A stretch of 64,000 nt of DNA from positions 85,808,001 to 85,872,000 of the forward strand of contig NC_043006.1 in assembly GCF_006345805.1 (NCBI RefSeq), in the 5' to 3' direction. Source of the stretch: Octopus sinensis. Lineage: Eukaryota. The notes beneath the pieces are model-generated. The model was not told the origin of the DNA. It saw only the letters and a list, made by a program, of their open reading frames with translations, and ran no database searches. A program made the position numbers and the translations under genes. Below are positions 39,900-51,479 of the stretch, piece by piece (position 1 is the first letter of the stretch; the number at the start of each line of letters is the position of its first letter).

Positions 39900-42800
39900 T
39901 TTTCATAAGGTTGTTTATCATTGATTTTAAAATGCAATTAGCCGTTATTACGTTATTTAGAGTTATTCAGTCCAGATGCAAGTCGCTCCTGATTAAGCAA
40001 AAGTATAATGAAAGGCATTCCAATCATAGATTTCTCGTTTGCGAGTATATCAGGACCTAATACACTGTTCCGCGCATCATATTTAAGACGATAGGATGTA
40101 ATGTGATTGTTATTTCTAGTATGTCAAGAGATCATGTAGCGGCGGCTTCTTAGGTTCGTATCGTGATTTAGTCTTATAAATGCAAGACTGTTGCAACTTA
40201 AAACCACGGTATTCCGAGCAATGAAGTTTATGATGTCAATTTTGTGAACTGAATTTACACACATACACACCAATGAAAAGAAGTAACAAAAATATAGTTC
40301 TGGTGTTAATAAATATTAGTAAAATTATAGTTGTGTTGTTAAGAGATGAAATACTTTCAACATAATGACTATGGCTACACTAAGAAAAAAGGCTGAACTA
40401 GTTGGAACAGTTCAAATACATAATCAACTGCATATGATCGATATGTAATATTTGAGCATCAATAATTTCACTTTAAAAGTAGTAAGTTATCTCGTTTAAC
40501 CCCAGGTCAACTGTGATTCATGTCTATCCTTGGGGGGGGGCGGTTGTCTATTGTTTATCCCAAATGCTTTAAATAAAAAAATATGAGGCATTAGACACTG
40601 TCTCCTTTCTTTATTTTAAACTTGAAGAGATATATGGCTGCTATTTCTAAAATATCTAATTACCACGTAGTGGCTGGTTGCCTTATTCGTTTGCAAGAAT
40701 TGAAATAAAAATCTAAGGTTTATTTATATAATTAAGCCGACGGAAATAAATAAAAATACACATATCAGAGCAAAAAAAAAATTAAACGGGGGGGGGAAGA
40801 AAAATGTTATGTTAATAAGTTCAAATGCATTCCAGTTGCGACCATCCCATCTTTTGAAGAGTATGAAGCACTACACTCATTATCTACCTTTTTTAAGATG
40901 GTAAGATGTAATGAGATATGGCTACTATTTCTAGCCGGTCGAGCGACCACTTGGATATTGCCTCATTGGCTAGTCATTATATATATATATATATATATTT
41001 ATATATTGCACCAAATCAAAATTTCGACAGATTTGTCCTTGACTGCAAGGTGTGTGAGTGTAGAAGAGGAAACACGTGATCACAACCAGCTCTTTAAAGC
41101 CGGTAAAATAGATTCTTGGCTCTTTCCGCTTTTTGCAGAACAAAATAAATATATCAAACAGCGACGCCGTTCTATTTTGTTGTGGTTTCGTGTAAATTAG
41201 TTTGACTACTTTTCATTATCTTAATCAAGAAGAAAAATATAGAGAAAGAATAGTAGTAGCTGTTTTTCACTACTAGTTGATACACCCACTAAAATAACAA
41301 GAGGCTTTAATAAGTGATAAGAAATTGAAAGGGGCGTTGTGACAGGCAAGTCGTTAAGAGAGAGAGAGAGTTTGTGTGTGTGTGCACATATATATATCAA
41401 TTTGTCTAATAAGTTTTAATATGTTGACATATATACGTTCATCATATATATAATTTTCCCCATATTAAAAAAAGTAGTTTTTAAGAGATAAATTTGAGTG
41501 AACTGACCTCGCAAAAATATCTTCGACTCACAAGTATGATAAAATTACACTATGACATTTCAAACACGACTTATATAGGAAACTGATTTTAGTTCTAGAA
41601 ATTAAACATATTTTAGTGAAGGGATACAGACGAGTACACGACTCCCTTATTTGATTGGTACTTTATTTTAACAAGCCAAAGAAAATAAAAGTTGACCTCG
41701 GTAGGATTCGAAACTCAGAATAAAAAGAAACAAGACTACATGCTGCATAACTTTTTTGCCCGATGCTCTACCGATTCCGCTATCCATCATGTTGTAGCAA
41801 TAGCAATGGTTTCTAAAGACACAAGATAGTTGTGTATAGAGACACCTTCCTCTGTGTATGTGTGTGGACCTAATCGATTTTAGAGAGCCTCAATATTTGA
41901 CTGGTACATAACTATTGATTTCCAAGTGAGTAAGTGTTCAATGAGTTGTAGAAATATGGAGATGATAAAAAAAAACCTTATAGTTGCATATATCTTCTAC
42001 TGGTGGTAAAAGACAGGACAAAGATTCCTTATTTATCTCTGCAATTGTAGAACACTACAAGAAAGCAACGGCAGACTAGTTCTGTCCATTAAAGAAGCAA
42101 GACATGTCAATTACGATGTATCAACAAGACAAAACATAGATATGGAGGGGCTGTGCCAATAACAATGATAATACTATTGTGATGGACATTTAAGATTCTT
42201 GCTTTTGGTTCACATCACGAAAGAAACGTAGCAGAGGGGAAAGATCAGAGTAGTTTGCAAGGCTTATAGAACTGGTACAGAAGGGTGTGTATCTATTAAA
42301 AATAAATATTGCTCCATTATGAGAATAATATTAAAAAAAAGTCTGGCAGAAGCAGCGATCCTTGGCCACGAGAGAAACTCGCAACACAAACATAAAAGTA
42401 TATTTACATATATACACACAGACCCATACCTATAGACATATATTTATGTCCGTGTGTGCAAATCGCGAAGTAGCTAAACCCGACCGCGAAGAATAAGGAA
42501 GCAATGAAAACATCTGAAAAGTTGTAATCGACATATTTTATATACAATAGAACCCACATCAAACACCCATACATATATTATACAACGCATTACATGTAGG
42601 TACATACATATATATGCAACCCACTATACACACGTAGATGTTACATATATATTTTTTTATACAACATGTTATAGAACATTATACACACTCACACCCATAT
42701 AGACATGTATATACGTAGGATTATTAATAGACACGTATCTTATGAGAGCAAAGAGAACAGAAACAGATGCTGGAATTGAATCACAAGAAAAATCATCAAA

Positions 42801-44150
42801 TAAATAGAAGAGAAAATTTTTCACGGAAATAAATGAATAAATAAATCAAATTAAAACCAAAAAGTCCATTAAAGATGCTACATTGCCAACTTACCATTGT
42901 GACTGGAGCTGAATTAGCTTTTTTTTTAAAAAAAAAAATCTAATAGAGACGAAGACTGTTGTGCTATTTGTTTTAACAGTCGACACTAATGTCCAGAGAA
43001 AATAAAGAAGAAACAGAGAAAGCCGAAGAAGAGGTAAAATACGACGATGTCCTCCTCCTCGTTGTTGCCACTAAAGATGGCTTCTTCATCCGGGACCTGA
43101 GGAATTCCCAGTCTCGTTTAAACCAATCCAAAATTGTGTTACTATTTACTTCCATATATGGAACGACGGCTAGCAACAAACCGGCCTCCCCTTCCTCCCT
43201 CCCTCTCACAGATGTGTGTGTTTTTTTTAAATTGTTAAAAAGAAAGGAAAAAGTAAATAATTGTGGTTGGAGGGAGAGTAAATTTATTACAGGAAGGAGG
43301 GTGGTGTTACTGATAGCGGTGGTTGGAGAGGGAAAGAAAGAGTAATTTTATACAGGGAGAAATGTGGTGTCAATGTCGATGGTGGTAGCTAAAAACAGCG
43401 AGAGAGAGAGAGAGTAACGTTATAGACGGAGAAAGGTGGCTTAATGCTGTAGGTGGTGATGATGGCGGCAGAAGAGAGAGAGAGAGAGTAATTTTACACA
43501 CGGAGGAAGGTGGTGTCAATGATAGGAGGGAGAATTAAAACACAAGGAGGAAGGTGGTGGTGATTAAAGAGAAAGTCTAAGATAAAACAGGGAGGAAGGT
43601 GGTGTTTTATGAAAGCGTGTCTTTAAAAATAGGGATGGTGACGATGACTTGAAAGCGCAATAAAGAAGCAGATGATGGTAGAGGAAGGGTTAGGAGAATA
43701 TTTGAGGGTATTTGACTGCTATTTTTAACAGATCAAGTGACTTTGGGCAGAGGAGAAGAAGGCGGTATATTTATTTAAGAAAGATTAAGAGAAAGAATAT
43801 AGGAATCTTAAGTTTTGTACTAATGAGACAGGAGAAGAAAGAATTGGTGAACGAAGAGGAAGAGCTGCAGGTAGAGAAAAGAAGAGAGTGAAATAAATGT
43901 AAATTATAACAAGAGGTAGCACTCCATATAAACATACACACGTTGACGTATACTCATGTATATTTACAAATCGTAAAAGAGACAATGACAAAGCATCAGT
44001 TAAAGCGCCCAACTGGAGGTTATCCTGACCCGACGGTGCGCCAAGATCCCCTGCACCTTCAATGTCTTCGCCAAAAAATAACACCTAAACCTGTGCGACT
44101 GTCCTCTTCTGTGTTTCACACACTTCTTTCCGATCCAAATTAGGCCCCCT
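39900..44150. promoter_or_regulatory. CpG-retaining (probably unmethylated) promoter-like region
   Basis: Visibly more CG dinucleotides than the flanks. SINE copies inside keep CpGs that have decayed elsewhere. CACGTG E-box at ~41074. CpG content was not computed. Confidence 0.5.
42895..43250 (-). other. Candidate first exon: 5' UTR ending in ATG followed directly by a consensus donor
   Basis: Minus strand ...ccagtcacaATG|gtaagt (ATG at 42897-42895); lies in the CpG-rich region; 5' boundary uncertain. Confidence 0.5.
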
Positions 44151-44495
44151 ACATATCTTCTAAACAAGTGCACCACACAAGTCTCTCACTTCTTCATCTC
44201 TGCTGTCCAAACTACACTATATACTCAAAACTTCACTTTGCGCTTATGTAGGATTCTCCTCCTCTCGTCGCCAGTCACTTCTCTTGTCTAGATTTTCCAG
44301 TTTCTCTGTTTTAAAGTCTCCCTCTCACATTCTCTAAATACATCTGCAGCTTCTACTGCTCTCCGAACTTCCAATAACTTTTTCTGCATCACAGACAGAC
44401 ACACGCATCACTTCCCACCTCTCAGAAGTCATCGACCTCAGTCAGTTCAATATTTACATATTCACAAATATTCTTATTCTTCTTCTTCTTCTTCT

Positions 44496-44580
<85 letters not shown>

Positions 44581-44989
44581 ACTGCTGATAAAAAATAAAT
44601 GAAAAACGAATTTCATTCCTCGCCTATTTTGCACAACACACAGCTACTCCACTCACCTTGGGTCTATTTCTCACATCCCAACACAATCTCTTCGCTGTCT
44701 CTGCTCCTATCAAATTATCTTGTCACTATCTCCTCTCAATTATCCACCGAACATTTACATAATAGGCAATATGCACTACACATCTTTCATACTCTATGAC
44801 ACTTCAAGTCAGTTGAACAGTCAGAATTCTGTCATTTCTGTTCTACAGGGTGCTTGGGCTACATTTGACACTTTGCATAAAATGAAAAGAAAATACAAAA
44901 TCCCATTCAAAAATAAAAGTATTTTTTAAAAAACAAAAATTATCAACTAGCTGGGAATTAATAGCTCACTCAGTAGCTGCCTTCAGTTT

Positions 44990-45330
44990 CCACCACAGCC
45001 TCAAAATGGCTCTGGAACATGGTACATGCATTCTTCACTCTGTCTCCTCGTTGACTTTGGCCACCAGCTCAGCATTAGTGTTGCAGGTGTCTTTCTCAAC
45101 TGTGCCCCACATATAGTAATCCATGGGATAATCCGATCAGAGGCCAGAAATTGAATTTGGTGATGTCCAACAACCACTTCTAGCTTTTTCCAGATGTATA
45201 GCAAGGAGCAAAATCCTGCTGCAATGCATGGCTTTCCAGGGGCAACCTCTCAGCCAGGGTTTGACCACAGTCTCCAGCAGTTTCAGATAGCTATCTGAAT
45301 TGAGCCTATGGCCCTGTTCAAAGAAGTGCT
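44990..45330 (-). mobile_element. Tc1/mariner (maT-type) transposase C-terminal fragment
   Basis: YLKLLETVVKPWL...PMDYYMWGTVEKDT.NTNAELVAKV. Confidence 0.8.
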
Positions 45331-45605
45331 GTTTGATTTTTGTCTTACTGTTGACTTTTCACCATCCCACTTCCATCGTTGGATCACCCCTTCTTTTCTC
45401 ATTCATATGTTGTATCGGAGAAATACACAAGAGTATTATTATAGTATAAGATACATGATGCTCTCTTTGCCACTTCTGCTCTCACATTACTATTAATTTC
45501 TCTCACTCCTTCTCTGTCATGGCTATAACTCTCACTACTTCTCCTTCACTGAACTACTATTTTCTCTCCTCTCCCTTAACCATTTATTATATTAGGATAT
45601 ATATA

Positions 45606-46155
45606 TCTACAATATAAATTGGACATGGGCAATCGTTGTATTCTTTCTTGTCTTGAGGTTCACAGCCAAACGGCTGGGTGGATTTGTGTGAAAAATGACA
45701 CACATATGGAGACAGGTGCATAGATTGGAATGTGGTTTGTATTTTTTCCTAGCACCCATACTTACCGAGAAAATAGATTAAAACTTTTCTAATGGAATTC
45801 CCGTTTGTTCTGCTATTAAAACAACCAGTTGCTCACACAGTTGGCATATACCATTTCGCTAGCCACAAGGGAAGTACAGGATGACAGTCAGCCAAAACTT
45901 TCACTCTCTTCTTTCACCTCTTTGTGGAGTTAATAATCTTAATCTTTAGTTACAGTTTCTCATTCAAACTACATGATAGGCAGAATTGTCGGATTATGAC
46001 AGTAGGGTATTTTGAGGGAAATTTGCCTGCTATTTCTACCAGGTTTAACTACCATGTACAGGTCTGAACTTAATTTTCATTCACATATGCCTAACCGAAA
46101 ATGATCACAGCCACATCATCCAAACAGACCGGGTGAAACTAGACTTAGTTGCTAG
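45606..46155 (+). mobile_element. Non-autonomous Helitron
   Basis: A|TC 5' end; cagccaaacggctgggtggatttgtgtgaaaaatgacacacat motif; 3' end gaccgggtgaaactagacttagttgCTAG|T. Confidence 0.65.
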
Positions 46156-46279
46156 TATATATATTAGAGGAAAAATCAAAACCAAGGCAGATGGAACCCT
46201 AACACAGATCCATAGATCCAGCCTTAGCTGTGATCTAGGAACCCAATGGTCAACCAACACACACACATACACATATATA

Positions 46280-47152
46280 TCTATATATATAAAACTCAAC
46301 TTGTGTGTCTGTGTGTGTATCTGTGTGTGTGTCTGTGTGTTTAACTTCCCGGCACATCTCCTCCTAGCCAACAAATCGTAGAACCCCAAAAAATGGGTCA
46401 CTTAAAGTTTAGGTGAATGAAAATTGAACTGCGCTATTTCTGTTCTGAAATTCATCTCGCAAGTGCAAAAATCGATAATGTGTTTGTTTAGGCCTTATCC
46501 CATGCATTGAATAGTGAACTTTACTCAATCAGCTGTTTGACGTGAACTGTGTTCACCACGCGTGCAAGCATGCGTAAATTGCATGAAAAATAGAAAATCA
46601 AGATATAAAAACGAATCACTGTAAACATTGTAGAAATTCGGCAAAGAAATGAATTTTCAGGATGTAGCCTGGAGGGTTTTTTCGTAACATTTTTAACGCT
46701 TTGAATTAAATGTGACCATTTTGCGCTGAGTCTGCAGTTTGAATCACTTTAACCAAATTTTAGCAGGCTGGATTTTTGATCATCACGATACATCGCCAGC
46801 GACTCCCTGAAACTCTCCCCTGAAATCCCCGTTGAGAAATACTGATCTAAAAGAATAATTCAACAATGCAATTATTTGATCAACAAAAATTTATGAATCG
46901 CTTCTACGTACTTCCTATTGAGGAAATGGAACACATAAGCGCAAAAATAGAGGGCATTAAATGCTTGATTTTAAAACCAAAATAATTGAATTTTGATTGA
47001 ACTTCATCCGAGTTTAGCTTAATTCGCGCGTGCATAGAATGCACAAGTGCACGTGCATACATTGTGTAAGAAAGTATTGATTTTGCACTCGCAGATTAAT
47101 CGATTTTCCTCAGTGCGATTAATAGTCACACAAAGCCGGGCAATACTGCTAG
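46280..47152 (+). mobile_element. Non-autonomous Helitron
   Basis: A|TCTATATATATAAAA...(GTGTCT)n 5' end; 3' end aagccgggcaatactgCTAG|T; A/T target with no TSD. Confidence 0.8.
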
Positions 47153-47165
47153 TATATATATATAA

Positions 47166-47392
47166 TCAAAATAAGCAACAGGATATCAAGTAGTGATGCA
47201 GTATGACCATTTCAAGCAGTTCCATTTACTTGAACAATGCAGTCATTACATCAATTTAAATGTAGTGCCATCTTCGGCTGCAAAGATGGCACTACATTTA
47301 AATTGATGTAATGATTGCATTGTTCATTTAAATGGAGCCACTTGAAACAGTCATATTGCATCACTACTTGATATCTTGCTGCTTATTTTGGT
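47166..47392. repeat. Long imperfect palindrome (fold-back), arms ~108 bp
   Basis: Left arm aaaataagcaacaggatatc...gtagtgccatcttc pairs with right arm aaagatggcactac...gatatcttgctgcttatttt; about 11-12 mismatches. Confidence 0.95.
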
Positions 47393-48794
47393 TTTATTCA
47401 CTTTACTTCGAGCTGTGCAGATAATACCAGACTGACTTGGTGCTTTGACTTAAGTACTTAATTCAACTGAATCTCAATTATTTATATATATATATATTAT
47501 ATCTATATATATAAGTTTTTATTCTCTTATTCTTTTACTTGTTTTAGTCATTTGACAGCAACCATGCCGGATCATTGCCTTAAAGGTGTTTTTAGTTGAG
47601 CAAATGAACCCCAGGACCTATTCTTTGTAAGCCTAGTACTTACTCTATCAGGGTGTTAAAAAACACCTACATTGCTAGAAATGCAAGCTAAAATACTCTA
47701 ATGCTGTAGTCAAGGTGCATAAATGTAAACATATACACTAATAAGGACCTGAATCATCTGAAAAATGCCAATTGAGAATTCTTAATATTGACATCAGTTT
47801 TGGCAATGTCCATTGCTGCATTAGTTAAGTCCACTCGATCCTGGCTTTCTTCAGCTTGCTTCTCTACTACTCTTTCACTCTTTTACTCATTTCATGTGGC
47901 TGCAGTCATGTTGGAGCACCACTGTGGAATACTAGTATATATGTTTTCATCATCCAAATTAATGGATGATTTAGTGATTCGCCAATGTGCATACATAAAA
48001 TTAATATAAACAGCAGGTTACCATGTTTCGCCAAAAAAGAGACTTATAATTGTCACTAAATGTGACTAGAGTGTTAAGAAACGTCTACATTGCTAGAAAT
48101 ACAAGCTAAAATGCTCTAATGCTGTAGTTAACATACATGAATGAAAATATATATGCACTAACAAGGACCTGAATCATCTGAAAAATGCTGATCGTGAATT
48201 CTTAATATTGACGTCAGTTTTTGCAATTTCCATTGCCTCATCAGTTAAGTCCGCTTGATCTCAGCTTTCTTTGGCTTGCTTCTCAATTAGCATATATATG
48301 TGGGTGTGTGTATGTGTGTATATGTATATATATATATATATATATATACACAAATTAAGATAGGGGTTGTAAATGCAACCCTCCATGGGATAACATATAT
48401 CCAATATACTGCTAATGAAGTACCCAACAAAGTTAATATATAAATGTTAAGAATTGTGATGCAATTAATTCATTTACTGTATTATATGGGCAAAGGTAAA
48501 ATGTTTTACCACAAATTAATAATACAAAATAAGAAAATGGAGAAATACATCTAAATCAATTATCAACTACCAGATAATACCCAATCACATAATTTATTAA
48601 ACCACTACATATGAACATTAAGGTCAAACATATTAATATAGAACAAAACAGTGTACATGAAGGAGTAATATGGTACAATAAATACAGTATGTATAAGAGA
48701 ATATAAAAATATAAATATAAATATAAACTACATCTTACAGCTGTTTCGGCCATGCAGATATGGGTGTCTCATTTTGAGCAAAATTTTCTTATTT

Positions 48795-48853
<59 letters not shown>

Positions 48854-48861
48854 ATGTATGT

Positions 48862-49098
48862 ATTCTCTTTTACTCTTTTACTTGTTTCAATCATTTGACT
48901 GCGGCCATGCTGGAGCACCGCCTTTAGTCGAGCAAATCGACCCCGGAACTTATTCTTTGTAAGCCCAGTACTTATTCTATCGGTCTCTTTTGCCGAACTG
49001 CTAAGTGACGGGGACGTAAACACACCAGCATCGGTTGTCAAGCAATGCTAGGGGGACAAACACAGACACACAAACATACACACACATACATATATATA

Positions 49099-49140
<42 letters not shown>

Positions 49141-49279
49141 GACAGGCTTCTTTCAGTTTCCGTCTACCAAATCCACTCACAAGGCATTGGTCGGCCCGGG
49201 GCTATAGCAGAAGACACTTGCCCAAGATGCCACGCAGTGGGACTGAACCCGGAACCATGTGGTTGGTTAGCAAGCTACT
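48862..49279 (-). mobile_element. Well-preserved tRNA-derived SINE type A (CORE-like)
   Basis: On the minus strand: B-box-like GGTTCAGTCCC, CORE-like cttgggcaagtgtcttc, central (TA)n/(GT)n, and an (AAAAGAGT)-type tail. CpGs retained. More than 15 related copies in the window. Confidence 0.92.
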
Positions 49280-49294
49280 TGTATGTATGTATAT

Positions 49295-51190
49295 TATCAT
49301 CATCATCATCATCATCATCATCACCATCATCATCATTTACTGTCTATTTTCCATGCTAGCATAAGTTGGACAGTTTGACTGGAGCTAGTACAGCCAGGAG
49401 CCACACCAGGTTCCATTTTCTGTTCTGGATGCCCTTCCTAATGCCCACCACACCATAGAATGTACTGGGTATTTTTAATGGAGAACCAGCATGAATGCTT
49501 TTTATGTGACACCAGCACTGGTATCAATTCTGCTGTGGTGGACAGGTCTTCTTGAGTACAGCAAGGTGCCAGAAATCTCAATCCTTAGTCATCTTCTTCT
49601 TGAGCTTTAGGGTCTTGAGATCAGCCTCCAGTATTTCACCCCATGTCTTCTTGGGTCTCCCTTTTCCACAAGTTTCATCCACTTTAAATGATCAGCACTT
49701 CTGTGTGCAACTGTCAACATCAATATGCATCAGATGACCAAACCAACACAGTCTTCTCTCTCTTGCATACTGCATCTAATTTCTCATATGCTCACTTTTA
49801 CCTCAAAACACTATTGCACTGTCACACATGTATGCTGACATTGCACATCCAGCAGAGCATACTAACTTCATTTCCCTTTTGCCTTTACATGTCTTCTGCA
49901 TTCAGTGCCCACATCTCCCTGCCATGTAGCATTGCTGTTCATATAAATGCATCATACAATCTTCCTTTCACAGGGAGAGAAAGAGAGCTTTGTTTGCCAA
50001 CAGGGATGAAAGCTCTCTGAATTTTCTCCATCCTATTTTTATTCTAGCAATTATACTTTCTGTGCCTCCTCCCCACATCTAATTAGGTCCCCTAGATAGC
50101 AGAAATTATCTATGACCTCCAAAGAGTCTCCAGGGCATTTGAGAAAATTGATTTCCCAAGTATCAATAGTACTTATGGCTTCTATGCATCTTCCACATAC
50201 AAACATTACCTTCTGTGGTAGCCCTCCCATTATTCCACTGCACCACTTGTGTGTCCATAGCCTGCACTGGGTACAGTGTATGGAATTACTGTCCACACCT
50301 TTTCTACATATCAAGTAGAGCCATTTACCTGATAGGGGAAGGGTTCTGTTTTATTAGTCATTGTTAAGTTAATTTTAAGGCCCTTTGATTCCAGATTTTG
50401 CTGCCACACTTGGAATTTCTTTTCTAGTTCTGTCACAGAATCTGCTACAAGAGCATCAGTATATAACAGTTCCCAGAGGCAGCCAGTCTTAAATTCCTCT
50501 GTTATGGCCAGGAGGATGATGTTAAATAGGAGAGGGCTGAGAACTAAACCCTGATGAACACCTACCTCTACCCTAAATTCATCACTGTACTCATAGTTAA
50601 TTCTCACCTTACTGACAGTTTCTCTATACATGACTTATATGGCTTTCACAAGCTACTCATCTACCCCTAACTTTCTCAGAGCCCACCATATCACACAGCA
50701 GGGTATTCTGTCAAAAGCTTTCTCAAAATCAACAAATGCCAAGTACAATGGTTCGTTCTTAGCCAAATACCTCTCCTGTAGTTGTCTGACTATGAAGATA
50801 GCATCAGTAGTGCTTCTTCCTGGCACAAAGCCAAACTGATTTCACCTAAGCTAATTCTGCTCCTAATTAACTGGGTTATAACTCTTTCTGTCATTTTCGT
50901 GACCTAGTCCAGCAACTTGATGTCTCTGCAATTACTTCTATCCAAGACATCTTTACTCTTGTAATTCTGCTACACCAGTCATTGGGGATGACACTTTCCT
51001 GAATAACCTGATTAACTATTCAGATGACTAGGTTGCATCCAACTCTGCCACTTAGTTTATGCATCTCAGCAGTGACTCCTGATGGGCCAGGGTTTTTCCT
51101 GTTTTCATATCCTTCATTGCCTTATCTGTTATGCTGCTGTCAACATGAGTAGCTGGTCTCTCTGATGGGTTCACATAGAGGAGGCTCTCT
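49295..51190 (-). mobile_element. 5'-truncated, decayed RTE LINE
   Basis: VGVHQGLVLSPLLF, ELLYTD(A)L, Cys-rich finger ICRKGV..NSIHCTQCRLWTHK.CS, FCYLGD; (GAT)n tail seen as (CAT)n at 49295-49335. Confidence 0.92.
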
Positions 51191-51479
51191 TTCTCCTGTT
51201 TATTCTCCACATTTAATAACCATATACATAACAGGCTTCTCTCAGTTTCCACCCACCAAATCCACTCACAAGGCTTTGGTTGGCCCGGGGCTAATGTAGA
51301 AGACACTTGTCCATGATGACACATAGTGGGGTTGAACCAAGAACCATGTCATTGAGAAGCAAACTGCTTACCGCTTATAGATTGCTAGGTATATTATAGC
51401 AGATTAGGTAAGAGGGTGAGTATGAATGAGGAGGAATTAGGGAGTATCATGACTGAATTCATTCATTCAAAAAACACTG

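Noticed and set aside
42989-43345. 118-aa plus-strand ORF (MSRENKEETEK...)
   Set aside because: No recognisable domain. It runs into purine repeats and is better explained as the antisense of a UTR-like exon.
48222-48245. CTGATGA...GAAA on the minus strand
   Set aside because: No stem II pairing, and the motif is not conserved in the duplicate copy at ~47800
49170-49279. tRNA gene
   Set aside because: Box B-like sequence belongs to a SINE head; no cloverleaf can be formed
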